Shown here one piece after another: positions 12,791 to 24,012 of a stretch of DNA of 47,579 nt. A model generated the notes under the pieces. That model saw nothing but the letters and a program-made list of their open reading frames with translations, was not told the origin of the DNA and ran no database searches. The stretch is from Fistulifera solaris. Its lineage: Eukaryota. How positions within the stretch are numbered: the first letter of the stretch is position 1; each line of letters opens with the position of its first letter. Location: NCBI GenBank assembly GCA_030295235.1, contig AP026150.1, positions 620,001-667,579 of the forward strand, in the 5' to 3' direction. Made by a program: the position numbers and the translations under genes.

Positions 12791-13730
12791 TGCTATCGCG
12801 ATTTAGATGTGAAAGAAGGTGCAGGTTATTGTTATTGTCTCTTGCTTCGTTGCTGTTGCATGCGAAGACGAGAGTTCGAAGTCTTGTGTTTGTCGCCTCG
12901 TGCCACGCCAATCTGCTAAAGCAACTGCACGAGGAACGTCCGGCGTGTCGTTTGTTGACATTTTGATTGGTGGATGGTCACCACGAACGGAAAGCATTGA
13001 AGTTCTTCGAGAGATCTTTCTTGCGAGAATTCGCTTCACTCTGGTGAAAAGTGGTGAATGACTTTACTACAAGCTGTATAGTCTCTGTTTAGCGAGATTG
13101 ATACGCGGTGCGACGAGCAGGTGAGCACGTGCAAACTTCTTGACCTGTTCGTTGTTCGTTGCTAACACTACTCCGCAATCCGTAATAGTAATATTTCGTA
13201 GATAGAGCTTCTAGCTAGAGCTACCGTAGCTTTTTAGAACTAAAAAAAGAAAGCGGATAGATCCCAGTCAAGCTAAACTTTAAAAAAAGAAATTCATGTT
13301 ATTTCTGGTAACCTTACCAGGTATTGTCATATCTAAAATAAGCAGGCAAAGCAGGTCTTGCGAATTCTGCACATCTAGAATCTGCATGGAAGCTGGTGAA
13401 ATCTCATGCATTTTCCGACGAGCGTGCATCAATAAAAGTGTCTAATACCCACGAGCATGCCACAAGCATGCCAGCATGCCACATTATGAAGCTGGGGTTG
13501 CTCTGAGAGTATGCTATTTATTCATGGTGTCATTTTAAATTTTCATTTGCGCCACTCGTTTGCCGAGTGATTTCCGTTCAATGCTGATAACGCAACTCCA
13601 CTCACAAACTAGAGTCTTTCGCTCGATATGGTTGTACAGGAAAGAGAGATTTTATTCGAATAGCGGGTGTTATTATTTACACAAGAGTGCGACTCTATTA
13701 GCTTCTATAATATCTAATTCTTCCCCTACC

Positions 13731-14147
13731 TCAAGGTAGTTCTTCCTCTATGCGCTGAGCGGCTTTTCGGAGAGCGACCAGACCGCGATACTTCGACATG
13801 CTTGTTTGAGGAGGACGGATCGGGACACGCAAGGCTACGGCTTTAGAGTTTACAAGACGAGGTGGCGCGGCGAGGGGTTTATGACACAAAGGCGGAGAAG
13901 TCTTAGTTGCAACCGCGACAACATGGAGGCTAACTGCACGTGGGGCTCTCAGATCTCTCTCGCTGCTAGGACTAGGTTGTTTCTCATTCCTGACAAACGA
14001 AAGATCCGGATCGATTACGACGGGCATATTTTTGGCCGGCGGAGAATAATGTGTTTGACGTGGAGAGCTGAGAACGACGTGGCCAATTCTGTCTTCGTTC
14101 AGACAGCAATACAATGAGTCTGATTCAATGCTTGCTGCTAGATGCAT
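13731..14147 (-). CDS. Hypothetical protein (138 aa) with KPLAAPPRL motif
   Basis: ATG-initiated ORF with an A-rich context immediately upstream of the ATG. No recognisable domain. Confidence 0.55.
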   Translation of the reverse strand: MHLAASIESDSLYCCLNEDRIGHVVLSSPRQTHYSPPAKNMPVVIDPDLSFVRNEKQPSPSSERDLRAPRAVSLHVVAVATKTSPPLCHKPLAAPPRLVNSKAVALRVPIRPPQTSMSKYRGLVALRKAAQRIEEELP

Positions 14148-14899
14148 TGTTTTTTAATTATAAAGTTGTTGGTTTTGTGATGCGGAGGAAAATGAAGTGT
14201 TGGGCAAGGTAAATAAAATCCAAGTTGCTCGGCACCACGAATCCACCAGGCATGAAAAAGTGTGTCAACCGAATCTCGAAATTGCACTTGGACGTAAGCA
14301 CAAAGCGAGCATCGTAATCTCGGTAAATGTCGCAGCACTTCAGTTAGTAGTGTTTTAGAAACGGCACTGTACTATTGACACCTTTGTTCGCTTGTCAACA
14401 AAGTTCCGGTACTTCTACTTAAATCCAGTACCGTTGTGCCTATATTCCCCCCTTGAGGCTACGGAACGAGTAGCGATATGACGTGAAAGAAAACTAACTT
14501 AAGGAGCAAAATGAAAATACACCCACCCATGAAAGAGGAACGACTGTGTTCTCCGTGTTCTTCACGATTTCAAACATTTCTGTCGACTATGTACAGAGCA
14601 CTCCTCCTTTCCTCTTTCCTGCCCCCCTGCACATACCTAAACAGCCTAAAAAGCTACGAAGAGGAGCCTATTGTCAACGATCAGCGATCAGTCGATGGAA
14701 CGATATTAAAACTGATGGTTATGATCCAGAAGGCTTTTGGACTAGATAAAGATCATTGATCAGCAATCAGATAGAAGGCGGCCTTTTCTTTAATAACCAC
14801 CCTCGTATTTCTTGCGTTTGTCGAAATAGGCCGAGGCCAGGTAGACAACCCCAGACAAAACTGACAAAACGGGAAGAATGATCCTTTATTTATTTTGCG

Positions 14900-15373
14900 T
14901 CAATTATCGCAATCTGCGATGGGAGTAAAAATAATAAAAAGTCCACACCGATCTGCAGAGAAAGAGTGGGACTCTCCAACTAACAGTCTCTTAAGACATG
15001 AATAACAACAATATTCTATCATTTTTATACAAAATGCAAGAGACTTGCATGCGTTGGATTCCTTTCTAGCTTGCGAACTTTGCAGCATTTCTGTTTTTCG
15101 TTTCGGAGCCATCTTTGTCAAACGCGATGGCTTCGAGTCCGCTTTGCTCCACTGATATTCAACAATATTCGTCGAAGAGGGCAAGGCTGCGCAATGGATT
15201 AAAGCTGGCGGAGCAGGCAGAGCATGTTCGAAGGTGTGCAACGACGGAAGCCGTCGGAGAGCGCATGTTTTTTTTGTATCTTTGCATAACAAGAAGTCTC
15301 TGTCGCTTTCACGCAAGCGCTGCGGAGCGTTAATCTGAATCGTTCGGCCTAACATTCCTTTGTCGAAACTCAT
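14900..15373 (-). CDS. Hypothetical protein (157 aa) with HALPAPPAL motif
   Basis: ATG-initiated ORF with weak motif similarity to the neighbouring 13731-14147 product. Confidence 0.4.
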   Translation of the reverse strand: MSFDKGMLGRTIQINAPQRLRESDRDFLLCKDTKKTCALRRLPSLHTFEHALPAPPALIHCAALPSSTNIVEYQWSKADSKPSRLTKMAPKRKTEMLQSSQARKESNACKSLAFCIKMIEYCCYSCLKRLLVGESHSFSADRCGLFIIFTPIADCDN

Positions 15374-15584
15374 TGCTTTGCTCGTGTAAACTTGTGAAGG
15401 GTGAAGGGCGAAGGGTTGCAGTAAGACAGTAATGAATGTAAAATGTCGGTTTTTGGTTTACATGCAAGGCGTTTGAACCATTGTTTTGTTCCGGAAGAAA
15501 GTGATGGATTTTCTGAGATGGTGTCTCTTTGGAGGAGAAGACGAAAGCTTTCTGACCGAGGAAGCATCGTGTCAACCATTTCAC

Positions 15585-15621
15585 TACCAGGTACCTGGTA
15601 CCTGGTACCGGGTACCGGTAC
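15585..15621. repeat. Overlapping tandem of GGTACC/TACCWGGTA palindromes (7-bp period)
   Basis: TACCAGGTACCTGGTACCTGGTACCGGGTACCGGTAC, located between divergent genes upstream of ETF-alpha. Confidence 0.85.
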
Positions 15622-15890
15622 TTTGGGGTACAAAATGAATCTGCCGACTCGCGACTCAAGGTCAGAAAATTGGGGAGCTGTCACGAGTTATTTAGTGGCT
15701 TGGAAAGAAAAATAATCATGTCACGGACGGATGACGATCCCAACATTTCTGTCCCGTTTAAAGAATCCTTGACTCTCGAGTGTCAGAAGACGAAAACCGA
15801 AAACACAAAGCGCTTCTCTTCTTCGCTTTCCGTTTGCATTGCGTCGGCTGTCTTTCAAAGCCATTCATTCCTTTTCTTTCTTTCTTAATC

Positions 15891-16960
15891 ATGATGATAT
15901 CTCGTGCAATTCTTAAACACAGTGCTCGTCTGCTGTCAGGCTTACAACAAGCGCAAAAGCAAAGCGTATGCTGGGCTAGTACATTGATTGTTGCAGATCC
16001 AGGGCCCTCAGCTCCTACTTGTGCTGCTGTGACCGCGGCAAAGCAGTTAAACGCCGACGATACGATCGATCTCGTATTTGTGGGAACACAAGCTCCTCAG
16101 GAAGTCCCTTCTGGTGTTCATTCCGTACTCTTTTACAAATCCGCGGAAACGCCGACCGCTGAAACCGTTGCGGCGTGTGTCGCCGATGCCGCCAGCGGAT
16201 ACAACCGCATCGTAGGGACAGCGACTAAATTTGGAGCCACAGTGTTACCTCGTCTTGCAGCACTAGTCAACGCGAGTCCCGTGACGGATATTACGAGTGT
16301 TATCGATTCTTCGACTGTAATGAGACCATTGTATGCTGGAAACGCCTTGGCGAAAATTCAAATCGGGTCGGAATCACCGCAAGTCCTTTCGTTTCGACCG
16401 ACGTCATTTGACAAGGTCCCCACAGAGGCTGTGAAAAATATGACAGAGAAGCCCGCTATTGTGTTCAAAGGATCGAAATGGCAGGGTGAGAATGTCAGCA
16501 AAAGTGAACGCCCTGACTTGCAAAGTGCTGCAGTGGTCGTCAGCGGAGGCCGTGGGATGGGTAGTGGCGAAAACTTTAGTTTGCTAGAAGACCTAGCAGA
16601 TGCTTTGGGGGGCGGAGCAGTAGGAGCGAGTCGTGCCGCAGTCGATGCCGGCATGGTACCGAATGATATGCAGGTTGGTCAGGTAAGTTCGACTTTGCCG
16701 TGCGGTGTTGCAATTTTCCCTTGACTTTATTACTTATTCGTCTCTTGCCAACGTAGACCGGTAAGGTTGTTGCTCCCAAGTTGTACGTTGCTGTTGGTAT
16801 TTCCGGCGCCATACAACATTTGTCGGGCATGAAAGACAGTAAAACGATTGTTGCCATCAACAAGGACCCCGAAGCTCCTATCTTCCAAGTAGCGGATTAC
16901 GGAGTGGTGGGCGATTTGTTCACAGTTGTGCCGGAAATGACGCAAAAGGTCAAGGCGTGA
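15891..16960 (+). CDS. ETFA: Electron transfer flavoprotein subunit alpha (mitochondrial)
   Basis: [37 protein letters not shown]. Intron 16683-16756 joins [53 protein letters not shown]. Stop at 16958-16960. Basic N-terminal presequence. Confidence 0.97.
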
Positions 16961-17893
16961 TTACCGTATAGGCTTAGCGAAGAGATGGAATGAGCAAGAG
17001 TGAAGTCAAATCGTCGTAGTAATTATAATGTTATTAAAGATACGATAATTTTTTGTCTATATGAGCCGTTGCAATTTCTTTTCCATTTTCGGTTCCTTAA
17101 TCGATGTAGATTGTCCCAATCGATTCGAGCGGGAACGTGATTTGTATCCAGTGTTGTGTTGATGGCCTGCTTTGTTTCTTCAAAATGAGTAGATAAAGAG
17201 AAACGTAAGTGAGTGTGACGGACGCAAGAAGTCAACTCTTCGTAGATGCTTTCCTTGACAATCAAACACGTACCTAATCAGACTCCCATTTCCTCTTACA
17301 CGAAAGCGTCGCGCGACGCTGCGATTGGTTTTTAAAGTATGTTTCGCTCGTGTCCAGAGAAAGAGAGAAGGACGAAAGAGGGTGGGGGCGACCCAGTTGG
17401 ACATTTGAGTGAATAAAGCATTCATTTCTCGACTATTTTCTGTGCTTCGACTTGCTTGTGTGAAAGGACAACCCGGAAAGAGACGTAGTAAAGGAAATAA
17501 TACTCAATTGTGAGCAAAAGAAACCAAGATTGCAACAAATGAAACACTCACTACTCTGCTAGCTCTCTGCTCATTATTTGTGTGCTATGATCGCATCGCC
17601 ATGGGTGGATCGGATGATGGACGTACGATGGCGGCGAAAAGAACTGAGACACAGTGCGACAATTGCCTAAAGATGACGTAATGAGAACGTCTTGATGCAC
17701 TTTCGACCACCCAAAACACGAAATCACACGTTTCATCGGCAAAAGCCGATGGTCATCATATGCAATTCATTGACCTGTACTGGTAACCGTTCGGATTTCA
17801 CATTATTCGCTTCCTCGAGTAAAACAGAGATTATTTACCGCAAGTCAAACTTAATCAGAATTGCCGAAATACCCGGACTAGGAAGAAATCAAA

Positions 17894-19188
17894 ATGACAA
17901 TCCTCGCTACAATGTTATCCAATCAAAGCGCACATGACGACGACACGTGCGAAAAACTATTGAGAGAATGTGAAATGTTTCACAAAGTACAACCCAAACA
18001 CCTATCGGCGATTGCGCAGATGATGGACTACAAAGTTCTTACAAAAGGGCAAGTCCTTTTGCAACAAGATCAACCTAGTGATCGCTTCTTTCTTCTTGAG
18101 AGCGGTCATGTCAAGCGCAAGCGTGTGGACGGCGATGGGAAAACACACAATGTCGAATTCGCCATTAAAGCAAAAAGTATCAATTCGATGCGCATTATTT
18201 CCGGCGAACCAAGTTTCTCGACGGTGACTTGTACCTCGGCTGAGTGTCATTTATTTGAAATGAAACGAGAACGATTCCTCAACATGCTGCGGGAAAAACC
18301 AGAACTATCCGTGCAAATCGCGGAAGGTCTTTGCGAAGAACTGCGAAAGGGTAGTAAGAAGTATTCGACACCCATGTTGGAGCAAACACAAACCGAAGTC
18401 AACTTGTCGGCCGTTTCCATTGCGGCGGGGATTGAATCATACTATCGGTCTGCTTTAAACGCCAAAATCAATCAAAGTTTGACCGGCGTCAAAGCGTCCT
18501 ACTTTCCCAACATGCACATCCAAGTACCCACACGTATTACCTACATCTGCGGTTTCAAGCTGTTGCGTTCCTATTTTGATCAGAATGTGCAACCCGAAGC
18601 GTACAACAACAATGAAACCGCGGTCCGTCTCGGAACGGCTGTAGCACCCGGCATTATTATGACACCCGTCAGTAGTATCTTGGAAGCGACCAATGCTGGG
18701 CACTTAAATCCCGAACCCATGCACACGAGGTGGTTGCGGGTATTGTCCCCCGTGCGGGACGTGAGATTATCTTCGGAGTAGGATTGAATCAAATGTCCGA
18801 CTACTTTCAAGAACGTCTGGAGCCGCTGACAGGGAACAATCCCATGCTCGCCAACGCGTTGGGAAGTTTGTCGGCGGGTGTCGTGTCCGGTTATCTCAGT
18901 CATGTGCCGCACAATCTTTCGACCTTGAAATTGCTGGACCCCAGCGCTTCGTATGGGCAGTTGTACGCTAAATTCGTGCAAACTAGTGTCCCGCCTTCTG
19001 TAGAACCCATAATTGCCCATTGGCCCGCACAGACTCTAGTGCGCTCGGTCTTGGCGACACTGTGGCCCCGAGGAGTCATGGTACGGACGGCGCAAATTGT
19101 GGGATCGTTTATCATTTTGAATGGAACCATCAACTACTTGCAACTCAAGGAGCATTTGAAAATTCAACGCGCCATTGGGGCGGTATAG
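17894..19188 (+). CDS. Fusion of an N-terminal cyclic-nucleotide-binding-homology domain and a divergent mitochondrial-carrier-like membrane domain, one apparent frameshift
   Basis: N-terminal half: F..V....L..IA..M......KGQVLLQQDQPSDRFFLLESGHV...STVTC...LFEMKRERFLNMLREKPEL. C-terminal half: IIMTPVSSILEA...WLRGIVPRAGREIIFGVGLNQ...SAGVVSGYLSHVPHNLSTLK. One G is missing in the run at ~18736-18738. Confidence 0.7.
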
Positions 19189-21188
19189 TGCGCAAAGTTA
19201 ACGACAGTCTCGCATACCTAGTACCCTGCTTAGTAAGTTTAGGGCGTTGTACTATGAGTCTGTAGACCATTGCCCACTGCCACTCGCGTGACTTGTAAGA
19301 ATTAATCATACTTCATACAGCGTGATCGAATTCGGCAACAAGCATCCAATCGAAACGGACGTGATATCTTACAGGAAACAAATGCTTGTTTCGTATTTTG
19401 TAATCATTCCTGCAAATGCGCCGGAAAATTGGAAAGACAATGTGGTTTATCTTTTCCGGGACTGGAAACCACTTTAGTCAGCTGTCACCAGAAGTCAGTT
19501 TGACACTTCAAGATTCTCGTGGTGATTACTCCTGTTCATCCCATTTACGTAGTATACAAAGTATTGACAAGAACATGTCGCTCCAAGTAATATTTCATGA
19601 TATTAGACAAACAATGCGTTGAAACCCAGGTTGAAGGGCGTGGTTATTTATAGCAACACCCAGTCCCGTCCCCATCTATGAGTTCATCGACAGATTTGGA
19701 TAGTGTCCCCAGCGTTGTTCTCGAGGTTACACCGTTTTCGGAACGTAGTCGCAACCGCCAGATACTTCAGCACGCCCTTTTCCAATTATGCCATCGGGTT
19801 TATCGGCGGCGTCTTCAACAGCCATTTTCACAACTGCACCAATCAAGGTATCAAATCCAATAGGAACTCTTGATCCACCTGTCCAGTCGCCCGATCTACT
19901 AGCAACTGTGATGTAGCCAGCGCTACCAGTCGAGAGTGAACCTATTTTCCTCTCCTGTGATTAAATCATCCGTTTCATTGTCAACTGTACCGATCTCATC
20001 ACCTATCATTGAGCCATTTGAACTGACCCAAGCTGCACCGATACTAAATCCTATCAGTGATTTATTTTTTGCCTACACCAGCTGAACCTATTATGCCAGT
20101 TCCGATAAGTGAGCGTTGGTGCCAGCATCGAATACGTCGATATCATCACCGACCGGCGAGCCATCTGTTCCATCATCGAGTGCACCTGATGCAACTCCGG
20201 TGAGTGACGCCCCTGTGCAAATCAACAACTGCACGTGATGCAGCTCCACTAAGGGACGCCCTTGTTTAATCAACAAAATCACCGGTCTCAGCTCCTGTAA
20301 GAGAATCACCCGTAATATTCCCCTTATCGCTCCCCACGGTAACTTTGTCGAATGAGCCGTCTGTCGCTACCTCCACTCCTTCCGTTTCAAGGGAGTTCTA
20401 GTCCAAGCGACAAACCATCATCATATTTTACAAGCCCTCAATCTGCAAATTCATCTCGAGATTGAAGAAGTAAACGAAGGACCGACTTCGACAGCGATGA
20501 CGAACAAGGGGAAACAATTGCATTGCCGCACAGAAATTTCGTATCGTAGACGGACGCAGATGCTGTGACAACATGTTGCGTGATGAAGAAACAAACGGTT
20601 GCGGTTAATCACTTTAATCATCGTGGACCAATAGTATGTTATTTTGTTGTCAGTATATACCTTTCGCAGCAAATGATCGAACGAACAGAGATATTGACAT
20701 CCAACGACAAGTTACCGGGGCATTACCTATCTTTTCTTTGAAATCATTTACTATTCAGCAACATTGAGCTCGCCTTAGCAAATCGAAAAGCTTATCAAAC
20801 ACGACTGAATGCAGCCGTGATTGCGTTCCGTTAATACATAGGGTTTTTCGAAGCGCCTTGTATTTGCTGCCGAAAGGATTTCGCTTGTCTTTCATGTCAT
20901 TTGAGTATTCTATTTTACAAATTTAGGAGGACGTGCGGAAGTAAGTGATCACACTTTTGCACGGAATATATAGAAACATCGCGAGTGAAAAGTAGTCGTG
21001 GTTAAGTTGAAACCACACTTTGCTTCCCTGTAGATTCGTGATACGTTGAATTCATAAAATTGTTAACACGATCCAAAAACGTACCAAGTGATAAGTGATT
21101 GGCACTTTCTTTCCGATGGACGATTATTGTACTTTCAAAAGCGTTGTGTTAGCAGCAACACAAAGGGATCAATGGATACGGAGAAGCA

Positions 21189-21910
21189 ATGGTCATAGTG
21201 TCTGTAAAGTATGCGACATGCTTCATCGGCATCACAACTTTGATGAAAACAACGCCCACGAACGGTCAATGTTCTTTGTGTGCTGGAGGGCCGCCCCTCC
21301 CAACCCAAGCAAACTTCTCATCAGCTCAGATAACACAACATGCAATTCTTTAGCTGTGGAAGCTACCGAGTCGAACAGCACGATCGGTGACGAGGTCTGC
21401 AATGAATATTTACTGATTGGGTTGACGGAGTGTGATTGCCCGAGGGAAGGATTATGTACCTTATGCGAGGAGGAAGGAAGTGCTATCCCTGAACCCAACA
21501 AATCTATTTCGTTCGACTATACTTGCTCCGACTTGGTGCTGGAGGCTCTGCTGGAATCAAAAGACTCTCCGACGTGTCAAAATTGGAGAGCGACGGCCGG
21601 TGTATATTGTGGATGCCCGAACCCCGTCGCAGTAACTGGATACTGTCGTCTTTGTGGGGAAGAAAATCTACTTCCCGAACCGTCACGACCGGCAGGAGCC
21701 AACCCTAGAACTACCTGCATGACGCTGGAATTCAATGAAGCAGGTTTATCTTGTGACGTGTTGCAATCTACATACGCAGACCTTTGCTGCGATACAAGCG
21801 TCAGCGATGCACCAAGTCTTATGCCTACTCCCACCGCAACCTCCAAAGCCTCCACTCTTTCGTTCTTTGGACTTTCAATAGCATCCGCTCTCGCTTTTCG
21901 GTATTGCTGA
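21189..21910 (+). CDS. Cys-rich cell-surface protein (signal peptide, three CxxC...C...C...CxC modules, hydrophobic/GPI-like tail), paralog A
   Basis: ATG 21189 MVIVSVKYATCFIGITTLMKTTPTNGQCSLCAGG joins ORF 21095-21910 through a one-base shift at ~21288-21290. Modules CSLC/CTLC/CRLC. Similar to 22313-23601. Confidence 0.75.
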
Positions 21911-22312
21911 GATAGAGTGGCATCGAAAATGCCAATTAATACTTTCCCCATTCTTTCAACAACACTGTATCATAGAATATCCTACTCCCAACTTCAAGCT
22001 TTTTAGTCTTGTGATATTTTATGCCTAGTATAGTGAAACAGCGAATGTTCAGAATAGTTTTTGTTGATGGTCCTTGTTTTCACCATCGCATAGTGTCGCT
22101 GCGGTTCGCAGTTTACGACCGTTGGCGCTTCCGGTGAACCAAAATTTCATCTACTGTCCCTGGAGTAGTAGGATTGTCTCTTAAGTACTACAGTACATGG
22201 ATGAAATGCACACGATTCACCGTTACCACTTTTTTCTTTTTCTCGTTTGCAATTGGATTGTTGTTTCTTTTTTTTAAAAAAAGTGCATCAGAGGTGTTCA
22301 TAGGCTTTCCCA

Positions 22313-23601
22313 ATGTTGAAGCCGGCCATAAGATATCGACCATCATCGGTTTTGCTCTTGTTGTTTCATGTGACAATTTTGTTCTCAGCAGTCTACGGAC
22401 AGTGCACATTCTGTCCGGATGGGTCGGAGCCTCCGTATCCTCAGCTTGTCATTGAAGAGCTTAATTTACCCTGTGGATTCCTTGCCAGACGAGCTAGTTC
22501 ACTATCCATCGATGAGACAAATCCAGGCATTTGTGCTGAATATGCTGTGCTTGCTATAATGTGTGGCTGTCCTCAATCCGATGATGCATGCACGTTGTGC
22601 GAAGACACACGCCAAGTTCCCAACACAGGGTCGAGCATCGGACCGAATGCGTGCGATCAACTGGAGTTAGAAGGAAGTATTCAGTCGAATACAAGTTGGA
22701 AGTTATGTCCTGCTTGGCGAGCCACGTATGGTAAGTAGTCAACAGGAGATATTCGTGACAGACCGACCTGAACGCTTGTCTCACAATTATCAATCAATCT
22801 TCAGGTGTCTATTGTGGATGTGACAATCCCATATCCTCAACAGGACACTGTCGGATTTGTGGAGATCAAATACTCTCTGATCCTAATGTCGTCGTGGATA
22901 TCGACGATTTGGGTTTTGAAATCACATGTGCCGATGTCGAGCTGAACGAAGAGAATTTGTCGTGCGATGCGGTTCAATCCACATACTCGTCAGTTTGCTG
23001 TGCAGCGGTATCCATACAGAGGAATAAAACTTTGGAGGAGGACGAAGTTGCAACAGGTGAGAATAAGACAGTGAGAGAAATGAATGAGACCGTAAAGGAG
23101 AGCATTGACGACAATCCAACTGGTGTCGATTCGAGTGAATCGGTGGGGGCTATTGGAAACGACACAACAATCGCAGTCGATCATACGGACAATACAACAG
23201 ATGTGAATGCAAACAAAACGATGGATGAACCAGCCGATGACACTTCTCTTCAAAAAAATATGATAAACGATCCAAGCGATACGTCGGAGACCACAGAGGG
23301 CACTTCTACTGACAATACAACCGGAGTCGATTCAAACGAGACCCCGGGGGAGGAGGATGAAAACGCTGCTGATGAGGAAACTACGGTGATGGGTTCAAGC
23401 GAGACGACAGAGAATACAAGTGACTTAGAAGATACAGGAGATGCATCAGCGCCTAGTAGCGATTTAGGACAACCTGTCATGGCTCCTGACGATGAGCCTT
23501 CACTAGCATCGTCTGCTTACATTGGTGGAATATGTGCGTCTCTTCATTGGACTATTGTAGTCGGGTTGGTATCCACGTTCGTATGCCAACAAGCCACATG
23601 A
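22313..23601 (+). CDS. Cys-rich cell-surface protein with acidic Ser/Thr-rich stalk and C-terminal membrane anchor, paralog B
   Basis: Signal peptide, then GQCTFC/CTLC/CRIC modules. Intron 22731-22804 (GTAAGT...TCAG) restores WRATYG|VYCGCDNP. Many N-x-T sequons. Hydrophobic C-terminus. Confidence 0.85.
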
Positions 23602-24012
23602 TGAAAAGAGCGGCTGGTAACTACGCGCACGTCCGTCTCGACATCCTCGTGCGCAGAAGACTATAGGGGCACCCATTTTGCTCTTATTTCACATTACTTT
23701 CGGTTTGCTCGAAGAGCGCTGTACCAACCCGAGTTTTCGTGACTTAACCCTATTCTTGGATCGTTTCGCAATGATTGAGTCACTCATAGCATGGAACTTC
23801 GGCCCTTTCAAGACATCCTTTTTTCGTCAGTGGTTGAAGATTCATTCGAGAATGAATTCGATATAGATCGCCAATCAAGTAACAGGTTGAGCAACTATGA
23901 TTTCTCGCGACACCTCGATGTAGAAGTCGCTCTTTCTAATTACAATTAAGTTAAACTAAAAACTATTGCTGCGTGAATCTATGTCATGGTTTCCACGTAG
24001 AACACGACCACG

